DNA of 64,000 nucleotides from an uncultured Methanoregulaceae archaeon (GTDB lineage Archaea; Halobacteriota; Methanomicrobia; Methanomicrobiales; Methanospirillaceae): NCBI GenBank assembly GCA_963717525.1, contig OY970343.1, forward strand, positions 1,536,001 through 1,600,000, given 5' to 3'. Below, piece by piece: positions 1-9,308 of the stretch. The notes under the pieces are model-generated. The model saw only the letters and a list, made by a program, of their open reading frames with translations. It ran no database searches and had not been told where the DNA came from. Numbering within the stretch: position 1 is the first letter of the stretch; each line of letters opens with the position of its first letter. The translations under genes and the position numbers were made by a program.

Positions 1-1347
1 CGATCATCGTCGGCCTCGACCTCGCCCACGGCACTCTCCAGAAGCGTCTCGGCAAGGAAGTTACTCCTGAAACCATCAACGAGTACCTCCACGTGCTGAA
101 CCACGCAATGCCCGGCGCAGCCGTCGTTCAGGAACACATGGTTGAGACCCACCCGGGACTCGTGGACGACTGTTACGTCAAGGTCTTCACGGGCGACGAC
201 GAGATGGCAGACGACCTCGAACCCCAGTTCGTCCTGGACCTCGACAAGCTCTTCCCGGCCAAGATGGCCGCACAGACTGAAGGCCGCAGTCGGCAAGTCG
301 ATGTGGCAGGCAGTGCACATCCCCACAACCGTCAGCAGGACCTGCGATGGCGGAACCACCTCCCGGTGGTCTGCAATGCAGATCGGTATGTCCTTCATCG
401 GCGCATACAAGATGTGCGCAGGCGAAGCAGCAGTCGCTGACCTCGCATTCGCCGCAAAGCACGCCGGTGTCATCCAGATGGCAGACATCCTGCCCGCCCG
501 CCGTGCACGTGGCCCGAACGAGCCAGGTGGCATCAAGTTCGGACACTTCTGCGACATGATCCAGGCAGACCGCAAGTACCCCAACGACCCCGTCAGGGCA
601 TCCCTTGAAGTCGTCGCTGCCGGTGCAATGCTCTTCGACCAGATCTGGCTCGGCAGCTACATGTCCGGTGGTGTCGGGTTCACCCAGTATGCAACCGCTG
701 CATACACCGACAACATCCTTGACGACTACACCAGCTACGGTGTGGACTACGTCAAGAAGAAACACGGTGCCCTCGGCAAGGTAAAGGCGACCCAGGACGT
801 CGTCAACGACATTGCAACCGAGGTCAACCTCTACGGTATGGAACAGTATGAGGAGTACCCGACTGCACTCGAGAGCCACTTCGGTGGTTCACAGCGTGCG
901 TCCGTCCTTGCCGCAGCATCAGGTCTCTCCGTTTCACTGGCAACCGCCAACTCCAACGCCGGCCTGAACGGCTGGTACCTGTCCATGCTCATGCACAAGG
1001 AAGGCTGGTCACGTCTCGGCTTCTTCGGCTACGACCTGCAGGACCAGTGCGGTTCCGCAAACTCCATGTCGATCCGCCCCGACGAGGGACTGGTTGGCGA
1101 GCTCCGCGGACCGAACTACCCGAACTATGCAATGAACGTCGGACACCAGGGAGAATATGCAGCCATTGCCGGCGCCGCCCACATTGCACGCGGCGATGCA
1201 TGGACCCTGTCCCCGCTCATGAAGATCACGTTCGCAGACCCGTCGCTCAAGTTCGACTTCTCAGAAGTCCGCCGCGAGTTTGCCAAGGGTGCAATCCGCG
1301 AGTTCATGCCCGCTGGCGAGCGCTCACTGATCATCCCCTCAAGGTAA
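1..1347 (+). CDS. mcrA: Methyl-coenzyme M reductase alpha subunit, 5'-truncated by the window edge; 1-nt insertion near 276 (probable sequencing error)
   Basis: ORF 93..440 ([19 protein letters not shown]) joins ORF 142..1347 ([55 protein letters not shown]) when A276 in CAG-A-CTG is removed. Confidence 0.98.
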
Positions 1348-1368
1348 GCACAATCGTCCCCAACCAAA

Positions 1369-1383
1369 TTTTTTTTCTTTTTT
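1369..1383 (+). terminator. Oligo-T archaeal terminator of the mcr operon
   Basis: T-rich run about 20 nt after the mcrA stop. Confidence 0.65.
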
Positions 1384-1536
1384 GCGCGTGTTCCCTGCCC
1401 CGAAGATATCTCCCGTACCGGGAGGCCTGTCCGACGAGGCATGAGCGAAGCCGGGGTCTTCGCTGTCAGGACGGAATACTTTATATGATTTATGCGCATA
1501 TGAGTAATTATAACACAACAACTACGTCGTGAGTCA

Positions 1537-1776
1537 ATGCCAGAACCAACAAAAACCCCAGCCACTACCAATGAATCAGCATCCCCCGCCCGACGCGGGT
1601 GTATTGATGAACATACCTGCGCCTGCGGCGAGAAACACGAAGAGCACGAAGCCGGGGTCAGCCACCGGGAATCCTGCACGTCTCCCTTAAAATTTGGAAA
1701 TACCTGCTGCTGCCAGTCCGAGGATGATGCCAGAAACGCACGCCCTCCCTGCGGGCATGGGCCGCGCTGTCATTAA
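1537..1776 (+). CDS. Small Cys/His-rich protein, 79 aa (metallothionein-like or peptide precursor)
   Basis: 9 Cys and 6 His, including CAC, CCC and C-terminal CGHGPRCH; TATA-like TTTATATG near 1480 upstream. Confidence 0.6.
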   Translation: MPEPTKTPATTNESASPARRGCIDEHTCACGEKHEEHEAGVSHRESCTSPLKFGNTCCCQSEDDARNARPPCGHGPRCH

Positions 1777-1804
1777 AACACCCTTTTTGCACCAGGTTAT
1801 CCCC

Positions 1805-2095
1805 ATGGAACGGCGAGAGCAATTGACCGGTTCTTTTCTGATCCCGGATCTGCTTGAACAGTATATGGACGAGCGGGGCTGTTCGGAGCGCTGGATTACC
1901 GTCCAGGAACTCCGGTCCTGTTTACCGCCGGGCAGCCCGTCAGGTCAGGCAATCTCCGGGTTTTTCGGCAGGAGCCACACCGGGGCCTTCCTGACCTGCC
2001 GGTACAAGGTAACACGGGTAAAAAAATTCCGGGACACATCCCCACCCTACCGGATCATCAAGCGGTATCTGGTGCAGGAACAGCCTGTTCACTAA
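1805..2095 (+). CDS. Hypothetical protein, 96 aa
   Basis: Internal ATG at 1805 of ORF 1694..2095 fits the gap between neighbours; globular-looking sequence. Confidence 0.55.
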   Translation: MERREQLTGSFLIPDLLEQYMDERGCSERWITVQELRSCLPPGSPSGQAISGFFGRSHTGAFLTCRYKVTRVKKFRDTSPPYRIIKRYLVQEQPVH

Positions 2096-2189
2096 AACCA
2101 CCCACGTCAGGGGCAGGGGAAAGGTTCCCGGCTGTCCCGGTAAGTCTGTTATACTATTCCGGATACACTCTATCTGTGAGCATGCGATA

Positions 2190-2546
2190 ATGCCCGATGA
2201 GATTCCCACCCGGAATGAATGCCCCCGCAGGGGGAGGCCGCGTCTCAGGCGTATCATTACCAGCACGTCGGAATCGCGCTGTTACCAGCCCTGCTGCTGC
2301 CCGGAGCAGGACGGCACCGGGATCTCACTGCAGCCCGAGGAGATCGAGCTGATCCGGCTTATCGATCTTGAGGGGCTTGAACAGGAAGAAGCGGCGGAAA
2401 AACTGGGGGTCTCCCGGAAGACCGCATGGCGGGACCTGCACGAGGCCAGGCGCAAGATCGCCGACGCGCTGGTGAACGGTAAGGGTATCGAGATGGCAGG
2501 CTGCCAGAAAGCGGCAGAAGGCCGGTGCCCGAAGTGCCCCCGGTAA
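2190..2546 (+). CDS. DUF134/UPF0251 predicted DNA-binding protein with extra Cys motifs
   Basis: RGRPR N-terminus and EEIELIRLIDLEGLEQEEAAEKLGVSRKTAWRDLHEARRKIADALVNGKGI HTH signature. Confidence 0.9.
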   Translation: MPDEIPTRNECPRRGRPRLRRIITSTSESRCYQPCCCPEQDGTGISLQPEEIELIRLIDLEGLEQEEAAEKLGVSRKTAWRDLHEARRKIADALVNGKGIEMAGCQKAAEGRCPKCPR

Positions 2547-2650
2547 TGCAGTCCCCCTTTTTTGAACGTTTCTGACCGTTCCGCCATCTTTTTATGGTTT
2601 CGCTCATATGGGTAATTACCCTTCAGAAACGAGGAGTACGAGGAACTGAT

Positions 2651-3367
2651 ATGAGTACCGATCAGACCAAAATAGCCGTGGACTATACCGAGGCCGCAGA
2701 AAAACTCAAAAAAATACTGAACCTGAAAGGATCGCCGGTCGCCATCAGGTTTGCGCCCACCAAAGTTGATATCCCGGCCGGGATGGTGGAACTCGACAAG
2801 ACCATCCGGCACTGTTCGATGGTGAACCTGGCCCGGACCGAGGGGAAGATCTTCTACGCTCCTGCCGATAAGCACGAATGCAACGGCGGTGCATGGTCGC
2901 TGGGGTTACGGGGGATTACGCCGACCTTAAAAAACGGCGAGTTCTATTTCAAACTGGGAAAATTCGACAGCGCCGCTGCCTGCAAGCGTACCATCGAGAG
3001 GATCCCGCACCTTGACACAGGAGAGACGTATGCGACACTCTATGCACCGCTCGAGAAGACGCCCTTTTCCCCGCAGGTCATCGTGATCGTGACAACGCCC
3101 CGCAACATGCTCAAGCTCGCCCAGAGCAGCCTCTTCCGGCTCGGCGGGAGGATCCATGCCGAGTTCTCGGGCATCCAGTCGGTCTGCGCGGACGCGACGG
3201 CGCAGACCTACCTCTCCGGCCAGGCGAACTTCTCGCTGGGCTGCGATGGTTCACGCAGGTTCTCCGGCATCGGGGACGACGAGATGGTGATGGGATTCCC
3301 GGCGGAGATGCTCCCGGAGATCATCGCTGCGTTATCCATCGTCATCGGTGCTGCGGGTTCAAAATAA
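2651..3367 (+). CDS. DUF169 family protein
   Basis: LKGSPVAI, RHCSMV, CNGGAWSLG, QSVCAD, SLGCDGSR motifs. Confidence 0.88.
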   Translation: MSTDQTKIAVDYTEAAEKLKKILNLKGSPVAIRFAPTKVDIPAGMVELDKTIRHCSMVNLARTEGKIFYAPADKHECNGGAWSLGLRGITPTLKNGEFYFKLGKFDSAAACKRTIERIPHLDTGETYATLYAPLEKTPFSPQVIVIVTTPRNMLKLAQSSLFRLGGRIHAEFSGIQSVCADATAQTYLSGQANFSLGCDGSRRFSGIGDDEMVMGFPAEMLPEIIAALSIVIGAAGSK

Positions 3368-3538
3368 TCCTTAACCCCGGATACCTCCGGGCAGAAGAGC
3401 GCCGACGTGCCGGCGCCTCTATGGCAACCGGGGGATACACACGGGGCAGGGCCCTCACCCTTTTTACCAGGTACTCCCGCCGATCATGTGCGGGGGGCGT
3501 ATGAAAACCCTTATACTCTGACGAAGGGAAAAATCCTC

Positions 3539-4699
3539 ATGAAAAACCCGTTCCACGTCATGATCATCCCGACGCTGGGCTGCCCCTCGAAGTGCAAGTA
3601 CTGCTGGAGTTCCGAGGAGGGGTCGCCGGTCATGACCGTGGATACGCTCAAGGAGATCGTGGCATGGCTGGGCGATATCCCGAACGACCGGGTGACGTTC
3701 ACGTTCCACGGCGGGGAGCCGCTGCTTGCGGGGGCGGACTTTTACCGGCAGGCGCTGCCGCTCCTGACTGACGGGCTCGCCCGGATGCACCCGGAGTTTG
3801 CGATGCAGACGAACCTCTGGCGGATGACCCCGGAGATCGCGGACGTCCTTGCGGCCTACCACGTCCCCATCGGGTCGAGCATCGACGGGCCCGAGGCGAT
3901 CACCGATTCACAGCGGGGGGACGGGTATTACCAGAAGTGTATGCGGGGCTACGAGATCGCAAAGGCCCACGGCCTCGACGTGCGGTTCATCTGCACGTTC
4001 ACGAACAGGTCGGTGAAGAAAAAAGAGGAGATCTTCCGGTTCTTCCTTGAGAAGGACTTTACCCTGAAGCTGCACCCGGCGCTGCCATCGCTCCGGTCCG
4101 AGAACCCGAAGGAGTGGGCACTGGAACCGGCGGAGTACGGTGATCTCCTCATCTATCTCCTCGACGAGGCGCTCGGCCACATCGGTGAGATCGAGGTGAT
4201 GAACATCAACGATCTCTGCCGGTGCGTGTTCACCCGCCGGGGGAGCGTCTGCACGTACGTGGACTGCATGGGGAGTACCTTTGCGATCGGCCCTGACGGG
4301 TGCATCTATCCCTGCTACCGGTTTGTCGGGATGCCGGAGTACGTGATGGGGAATGTCAGGGACCACCCGACGATAGAAAACCTGATGGCGTCGCCGGCGG
4401 GAAAACTGATGCTCGCCTTCAAGGACTACGTGGATACGGCCTGCGGGAAATGTAAGCATATTAAGTACTGCCGTGGCGGGTGTCCCTACAACGCGATGGC
4501 GCCGACACCGGGGAAGATCGAGGGTGTCGACCCGCACTGCGTGGCCTATACCCGGATCTTCGACGAGATCGGCGACCGGCTCAACAAGGAGATGTTCGAC
4601 GCACCGCCGATGGAGATGGGCGGGTTCGGGATGCCTCGGCCGCAGAAGCCGGTAAAGCCCGGCGTCATGGCGCTGATGCGGAAGAACGCGATGCGGTAA
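3539..4699 (+). CDS. Radical SAM/SPASM enzyme, probably the methanogen putative peptide-modifying family (TIGR04083-like)
   Basis: CPSKCKYC motif, FHGGEPLL, and SPASM cysteines (GCIYPC, CGKC-x5-CRGGC, C). Confidence 0.88.
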   Translation: MKNPFHVMIIPTLGCPSKCKYCWSSEEGSPVMTVDTLKEIVAWLGDIPNDRVTFTFHGGEPLLAGADFYRQALPLLTDGLARMHPEFAMQTNLWRMTPEIADVLAAYHVPIGSSIDGPEAITDSQRGDGYYQKCMRGYEIAKAHGLDVRFICTFTNRSVKKKEEIFRFFLEKDFTLKLHPALPSLRSENPKEWALEPAEYGDLLIYLLDEALGHIGEIEVMNINDLCRCVFTRRGSVCTYVDCMGSTFAIGPDGCIYPCYRFVGMPEYVMGNVRDHPTIENLMASPAGKLMLAFKDYVDTACGKCKHIKYCRGGCPYNAMAPTPGKIEGVDPHCVAYTRIFDEIGDRLNKEMFDAPPMEMGGFGMPRPQKPVKPGVMALMRKNAMR

Positions 4700-4755
4700 A
4701 CACGAAAACTCCGGTAAAACCGGCGCTTTTTACCGGCGCTTTTGGGGGCTCGCGC

Positions 4756-4788
4756 CCCCGCCGCGTGGGCACCCCCATGGAGCGAGAG
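4756..4788 (+). repeat. Dispersed GC-rich repeat, copy 1
   Basis: CCCCGCCGCGTGGGCACCCCCATGGAGCGAGAG; similar copy at 5879..5911. Confidence 0.7.
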
Positions 4789-4874
4789 CGGGAGCGAAAA
4801 AAATGCACCAATAAATAACAGGTTTCATGTATCCTCACACCTGATCCTGATCTGTAACCAAAGAACCTGAAACG

Positions 4875-5507
4875 ATGATCTCAATGAACACAATCCTGGT
4901 GGTGGACGATAGTCGTGATGTCGTAGATATATTTGTAAAGATGCTTGAAAAAGGAGGGTACGGTACCTTTGCTGCACACGGCGGTGAAGAATGCCTGGAG
5001 ATCTTAAAAGAGGTTGCTCCGGATCTTATCCTCCTCGATATTATGATGGAGCCGATGGATGGCTGGGAGACGCTGGAAAAGATCAAAAATAATGTGGCTA
5101 CCGTACCTATTCCGGTACTCATCCTTACCTCAAAACAACTGACTCCAGCCGAAATGGAGAAGTACGGTGACGATATTGAAGATTATGTCCTCAAGCCTGT
5201 TACCGACTTTGAGATGTATACTGCGATCGAGCATGTGTTCCACCGCAGGCAGACTATCCGGTCCGAGGTGGACCGGGCCATGAAGCGTGGGGTTGATTCC
5301 GGCGTTGTTAATGAATATGCCCTTCTCTTAAGAAGCGTCGATATTAACAAGCAATTCCTGAATATTTTCGAGACCAGGTATAATCTCAACAACTCGAACA
5401 TCCATTCCAGTGACAACATCTGCCAGGCGCTGAAAAAACTGGATGCTACGATCAGGGTTCAGAAGACCCGCCTCCAGGAGATCGAAGGAAAGATCAGGAT
5501 ACCATAA
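4875..5507 (+). CDS. Response regulator (N-terminal receiver domain, helical C-terminus)
   Basis: ILVVDD, PDLILLDIMM-PMDGWE, ILTS, YVLKP receiver motifs. Confidence 0.92.
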   Translation: MISMNTILVVDDSRDVVDIFVKMLEKGGYGTFAAHGGEECLEILKEVAPDLILLDIMMEPMDGWETLEKIKNNVATVPIPVLILTSKQLTPAEMEKYGDDIEDYVLKPVTDFEMYTAIEHVFHRRQTIRSEVDRAMKRGVDSGVVNEYALLLRSVDINKQFLNIFETRYNLNNSNIHSSDNICQALKKLDATIRVQKTRLQEIEGKIRIP

Positions 5508-5612
5508 CAGGGTTCTTCTCCTTTCGCACGCTCGTGCTTTTTGCATTTTACCAGGAGATAATCACCCGGAATCACTTCTCCCGGGATAAAAACGAAAAAA
5601 AATGAGGGGGAG

Positions 5613-5708
5613 TTACGCGCTCTTCGCGCTAGTGTTCTTGTCATTTGCAGCGGCCTTCGCGTTTGCCGATGCCTTCTTCGCGGCTGCGACTGCTTTGGTT
5701 ATCTTCAC
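5613..5708 (-). CDS. Small Lys/Ala-rich peptide, 31 aa (MKITKAVAAAKKASANAKAAANDKNTSAKSA); alternative in-frame GTG at 5723
   Basis: Translated by hand; GGAAGTGA SD-like motif upstream, T-tract downstream; below the ORF-track cutoff. Confidence 0.5.
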   Translation of the reverse strand: MKITKAVAAAKKASANAKAAANDKNTSAKSA

Positions 5709-5878
5709 TGACGTAGTAATCACTTCCTTTTCGTTGATTGTGGTTTATGCCACGTAGTAGTACTCTCTTTATGCCGGGATATACGCCTTCTTATGATTCG
5801 GGGATTCTAACGGTTTTACGCGGAGATTTTCGCAACCGGAGCGCGGATAGCGCAGCGGCAGGATCTGAAAAAAAGATA

Positions 5879-5911
5879 CCCCGCCGCGTGGGCATCCCAT
5901 TGAAGCGATAG
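5879..5911 (+). repeat. Dispersed GC-rich repeat, copy 2
   Basis: CCCCGCCGCGTGGGCATCCCATTGAAGCGATAG. Confidence 0.7.
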
Positions 5912-5985
5912 TTCTTCAGACGACAATACGCATACCAGACTACTATATAATAACAAAATGTTCAAATGAATCAATAGTTGATGAC

Positions 5986-6372
5986 ATGAAGTGGAACACG
6001 TGGAAAGGCTGGGCGATAGCCGGAGTACTTCTCGGTCGTCTGCTTCTCCTTGTCTTAGCCCTCTTTTCACTCCAGACCAATCCTCCCTGCCAGTGCGATC
6101 CTGCCTATCTGTGCTGTGGTGCTGATAAATTTGGAGCGGCAATCGGAATTCTCTGGATCGTTTATTTTATTGCGATGCTGGGATTTCTCATCCTGAATTT
6201 TGTACCGACAGTGATAATGCTGGGAATAAACGGGATCGTGCCGTCCCTGAAAATTGATCAAAATGTCCTTGGCATTTCCGTCCTGTTCTGGGACAGTATT
6301 CTATTTGCCATTTTATTTCATCTCCGGGAACAGCATGTCAGGGCAAAAAGAAGGCAGAATAAGGCTTCGTAA
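5986..6372 (+). CDS. Hypothetical membrane protein, 128 aa
   Basis: Three hydrophobic segments, Cys-rich loop CQCDPAYLCC, basic C-terminal tail. Confidence 0.6.
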   Translation: MKWNTWKGWAIAGVLLGRLLLLVLALFSLQTNPPCQCDPAYLCCGADKFGAAIGILWIVYFIAMLGFLILNFVPTVIMLGINGIVPSLKIDQNVLGISVLFWDSILFAILFHLREQHVRAKRRQNKAS

Positions 6373-6400
6373 CCCCTGCGGGCAGACCTCCCCCCGCCTT

Positions 6401-6787
6401 TCACTTCTTTTCCGGCATCAGAAGGCCGAACAGGTTCCCCTCGGTATCGAGGATCATCGCGGTCAGTCCCACACCCGGGATCACAGTGATGGGCAGTGTA
6501 ATCTTCCCACCCAGCTTCTCCACCTTCAGGACCACGGCATCGATATCTTCCACCTGCACGAAATCCAGGATCGGCTCCTGCAGGTGCCGCTTGTACATCC
6601 CGCCGGTGTTCAGCGTGCCAGCCGCAGCCGGCCCGGTGGTGATCGCGTGGTACTGCATCGCTGCCATCCCCCCGGGATCGGGCGTGGGGACGACCGGCTC
6701 GATCGTCCAGCCGAGGAGCGCGGAGTAGAAGCGCCGTGCCCGGTCCACATCATCGGCAGGGATCATGAAGTGCGAAAGGTTTGGCAT
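6401..6787 (-). CDS. VOC (glyoxalase/bleomycin resistance) family protein
   Basis: HFMIPADDVDRARRFYSALLGW and VEDIDAV...GGKI...DTEGNLFGL motifs. Confidence 0.92.
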   Translation of the reverse strand: MPNLSHFMIPADDVDRARRFYSALLGWTIEPVVPTPDPGGMAAMQYHAITTGPAAAGTLNTGGMYKRHLQEPILDFVQVEDIDAVVLKVEKLGGKITLPITVIPGVGLTAMILDTEGNLFGLLMPEKK

Positions 6788-6882
6788 GAGAAGAGGTAGA
6801 GCCGTTGCGGTATTTAGCGGTAAGGATACGGACCGGCAATAACGGAACCGGGGTGGGGGTGACGGGTGGTGTGGAGGGAGGA

Positions 6883-7184
6883 GGGGGAGGGGGGGGTCCC
6901 CCATACCCCCCCTGCCTTCTTTTTTTTAAGTGGGGGGTACCCTCCCCCCCATGTGCCGGCCCAACAGGGGGGTACCCCCCTCCCCCCTCATGACCCGGCC
7001 AGACGATCCGCCAAAATCCCGGAAAACCCCACAGACCCCTCCATTCACGGCAGCAATTCCACGCGAACCACAGGATCAGGCCATGCAGAAAAAGGCGCCG
7101 GATGCGGACAAGGGGGGGAGGGGGGTCCCCCATACCCCCCCTCCCTTCTTTTTTTCAAGTGGGGGGTACCCTCCCCCCCATGTG
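6883..7184. repeat. Two ~70-bp G/C-tract direct repeats (6883..6955 and 7114..7184)
   Basis: GGGGGAGGGGGG(GG)TCCCCCATACCCCCCCT.CCTTCTTTTTTT.AAGTGGGGGGTACCCTCCCCCCCATGTG occurs twice; partial third copy near 6967. Confidence 0.85.
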
Positions 7185-7222
7185 GCTGAGAGGGTGGGGG
7201 GCCCTCCTCCACTAATGTATGC

Positions 7223-7351
7223 GGATTCTCAAAAGGCACGTTGCATTACATGAAGAAGAACGCCGAGGGAGATCAACCGTTTACGTTCAATAAGCATGTC
7301 AAGGAGCGATTGGATCAATGGGACAAGTGTGTAAAAACAGAGAGCAGATAA
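7223..7351 (+). pseudogene. 3' remnant of a solo Cas1/casposase gene (C-terminal HTH region)
   Basis: Reads GFSKGTLHYMKKNAEGDQPFTFNKHVKERLDQWDKCVKTESR*, which matches my recollection of the C-terminus of Methanosarcina-type casposases; no N-terminal part upstream. Confidence 0.7.
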
Positions 7352-7417
7352 TGGAAAGAAAATTCTATGCTATAAAAATCAAATAAAATTTTACCAATTA
7401 TCTTTTTGATTTTGGAT

Positions 7418-8459
7418 TCATCTTAATTTAACAAACTTCATAATTAAATCATTTGGAGAGTTCAAAGCGAGATTAATGTCATAGTTCATTGAAAAATCTG
7501 AAAAAAAGAAAAGCATTTCACGAATATTATATGAAAATAAGTTTGTTAATAAATATTTTTCAATTTGTGAGGAAAAAGTGTTTAAAATCTTATCCGGTTT
7601 GATCCTTTGCTCAAATACTTCACTTTTCAAAGAAGATAGCCATTTTATTTTTCTTCTCAAAATTTTTTTTGCTTGTTCTATGGCAAAAATATCGACTAAT
7701 AGCATCCACAAAACGAATTGACCGATTATAAAAACTATAGATATTGGATCGTTCATCGAATTCATTAAATTTTGATTTATTTGATTTGCAAATAGAAAAA
7801 CGATTAGGCAGAATGGAAGAATATAAACCTGAATTTTTAACCCACTTTTTAGAATTTTATCGACTAAATAGTCAAAAAAATTTTTCAATCTAGAAGGATT
7901 ATTTTGATATTTTATGCAAAATTTGATAATATGAAAATCTGGGAAAATTAATTCACCCAAAATTAACACTGAAGCTAAAAAAAGGATCACTGTTAACAAA
8001 ATACTAGTTCGATTTACAAGAATGGTTGGATCCAATTGATAGAAATAATAGCTCAAAACTAAAAAATAAACAAATATTATAATTAAAAGAGATACCAAAA
8101 AAGGCTTAATTAAAGAGAATTTGCTTTTTAAATCCAATAAATACAATATTTTTGTTTTTTCTGGATCTTTTGCGGACTTCACTGTTTGACTAGATTTTTG
8201 AGAGGATTGACTTGATTCAAAATCATAATATTTTGTCGAAATTTCGTTCATTGACCAAGTGATAATAACAATTAGACTAATGGGAATCCAAGCAGGGAAT
8301 TGTTTCCCTAAATCGGAATTGTATCCAGAGAAAATCGAAGACTACAATGGTAATTAACAAGCCTGTTTTATCTGCTGTTATTGAAGAAAGTTCGGAAAAT
8401 AAAATTTCGATATCAGTTTCGATGATCTGTTGAAAATCGGAAAGCGGCAAATTTTCCAT
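7418..8459 (-). CDS. AT-rich multi-pass membrane protein of probable foreign origin; ORFs 8277..8459 and 7418..8251 join by removing one base near 8341
   Basis: Removing A8341 gives continuous TGLLITIVASIFSGYNSDLGKQFPAWIPISLIVIITWSMNEISTK; composition far more AT-rich than the flanks. Confidence 0.7.
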
Positions 8460-8839
8460 TAATAGTTTATCCTTTTTCTGAAACGATATGTGTTTTCCTT
8501 CATTAAATAAGAAAGAGAGTCAGCCATAATTTTCATATATTTGATATAAAAACCGCAACCCGCGCGCGAGCCAAGCGAGCCCATGAGCCAGAACAGTGAT
8601 ATCAGAAAAGATGCCGCATGTGATGGGTGGCATTTTGGCAGATACCTATAACCTACCGTAACAATGCGAGCACCCAAATTCGAACCAAAAATAAACTAAT
8701 TTTATTAAAATTTTCAAAATATTTCGCGCTCCCCCTCCCATCCAACACCCCGGTCACCTCCATCCGGCCCCATCCCGGCCCCCGATTCCCCGGATAACTA
8801 CCAAATTTTTCGAATCTACCACAGAGCATTTAACCCGCC

Positions 8840-8857
8840 TTATCCTTGTAAGGATAA
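8840..8857. promoter_or_regulatory. Perfect inverted repeat TTATCCTT-GT-AAGGATAA, candidate operator
   Basis: Lies between a TATA-like TTTAAC near 8829 and the ATG at 8863. Confidence 0.45.
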
Positions 8858-8862
8858 TCAAA

Positions 8863-9099
8863 ATGGCCCTGGATTTCTGCACACGTCTCACGAGGAAGGT
8901 CGCGAAGGCCGGGTACCAAAAGAAGGTCGCCCGCCGCATCGCGAGGTTCTGCTACCTCTCCATGACGCTCGTGTGCGGGCTCTTCGGGCTCTTTGAGAAA
9001 GTGAAAGCACCGATCTATCTGACTACCTGTTCCGGGATGCATGCTGCGGGTGCCCGGGCCGGTAACGTATCGCCCGCCTTTTCTGTAATACGCCGTTGA
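8863..9099 (+). CDS. Possible small basic hypothetical protein, 78 aa
   Basis: ATG directly after a putative promoter/operator; no recognisable motif. Confidence 0.3.
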   Translation: MALDFCTRLTRKVAKAGYQKKVARRIARFCYLSMTLVCGLFGLFEKVKAPIYLTTCSGMHAAGARAGNVSPAFSVIRR

Positions 9100-9308
9100 C
9101 CGCCGGTCCGGTCGTTGCTGGATAAGTACCAGTGAGAGGTTGTGCGGAGCTGATCGCAGAGCGCTTCGCAGAACGGGGTGATGGCTTTGGCAGGGGCCGG
9201 GGCTATCGTTCCCTTTACCGGGCCGGCGTTTTTGACATTTTCGGACGAGCGGACGCACTCGTCCCTGCACCGCTGTAAGAATACCAATAATCAAAGGGAG
9301 TGATTCAC

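Noticed and set aside
6750..7253. Gly/Pro-rich ORFs across the G/C repeats
   Set aside because: Artefacts of homopolymer tracts that lack stop codons
5900..8730. Integron cassette array
   Set aside because: No attC-like core and inverse-core pattern or integrase found
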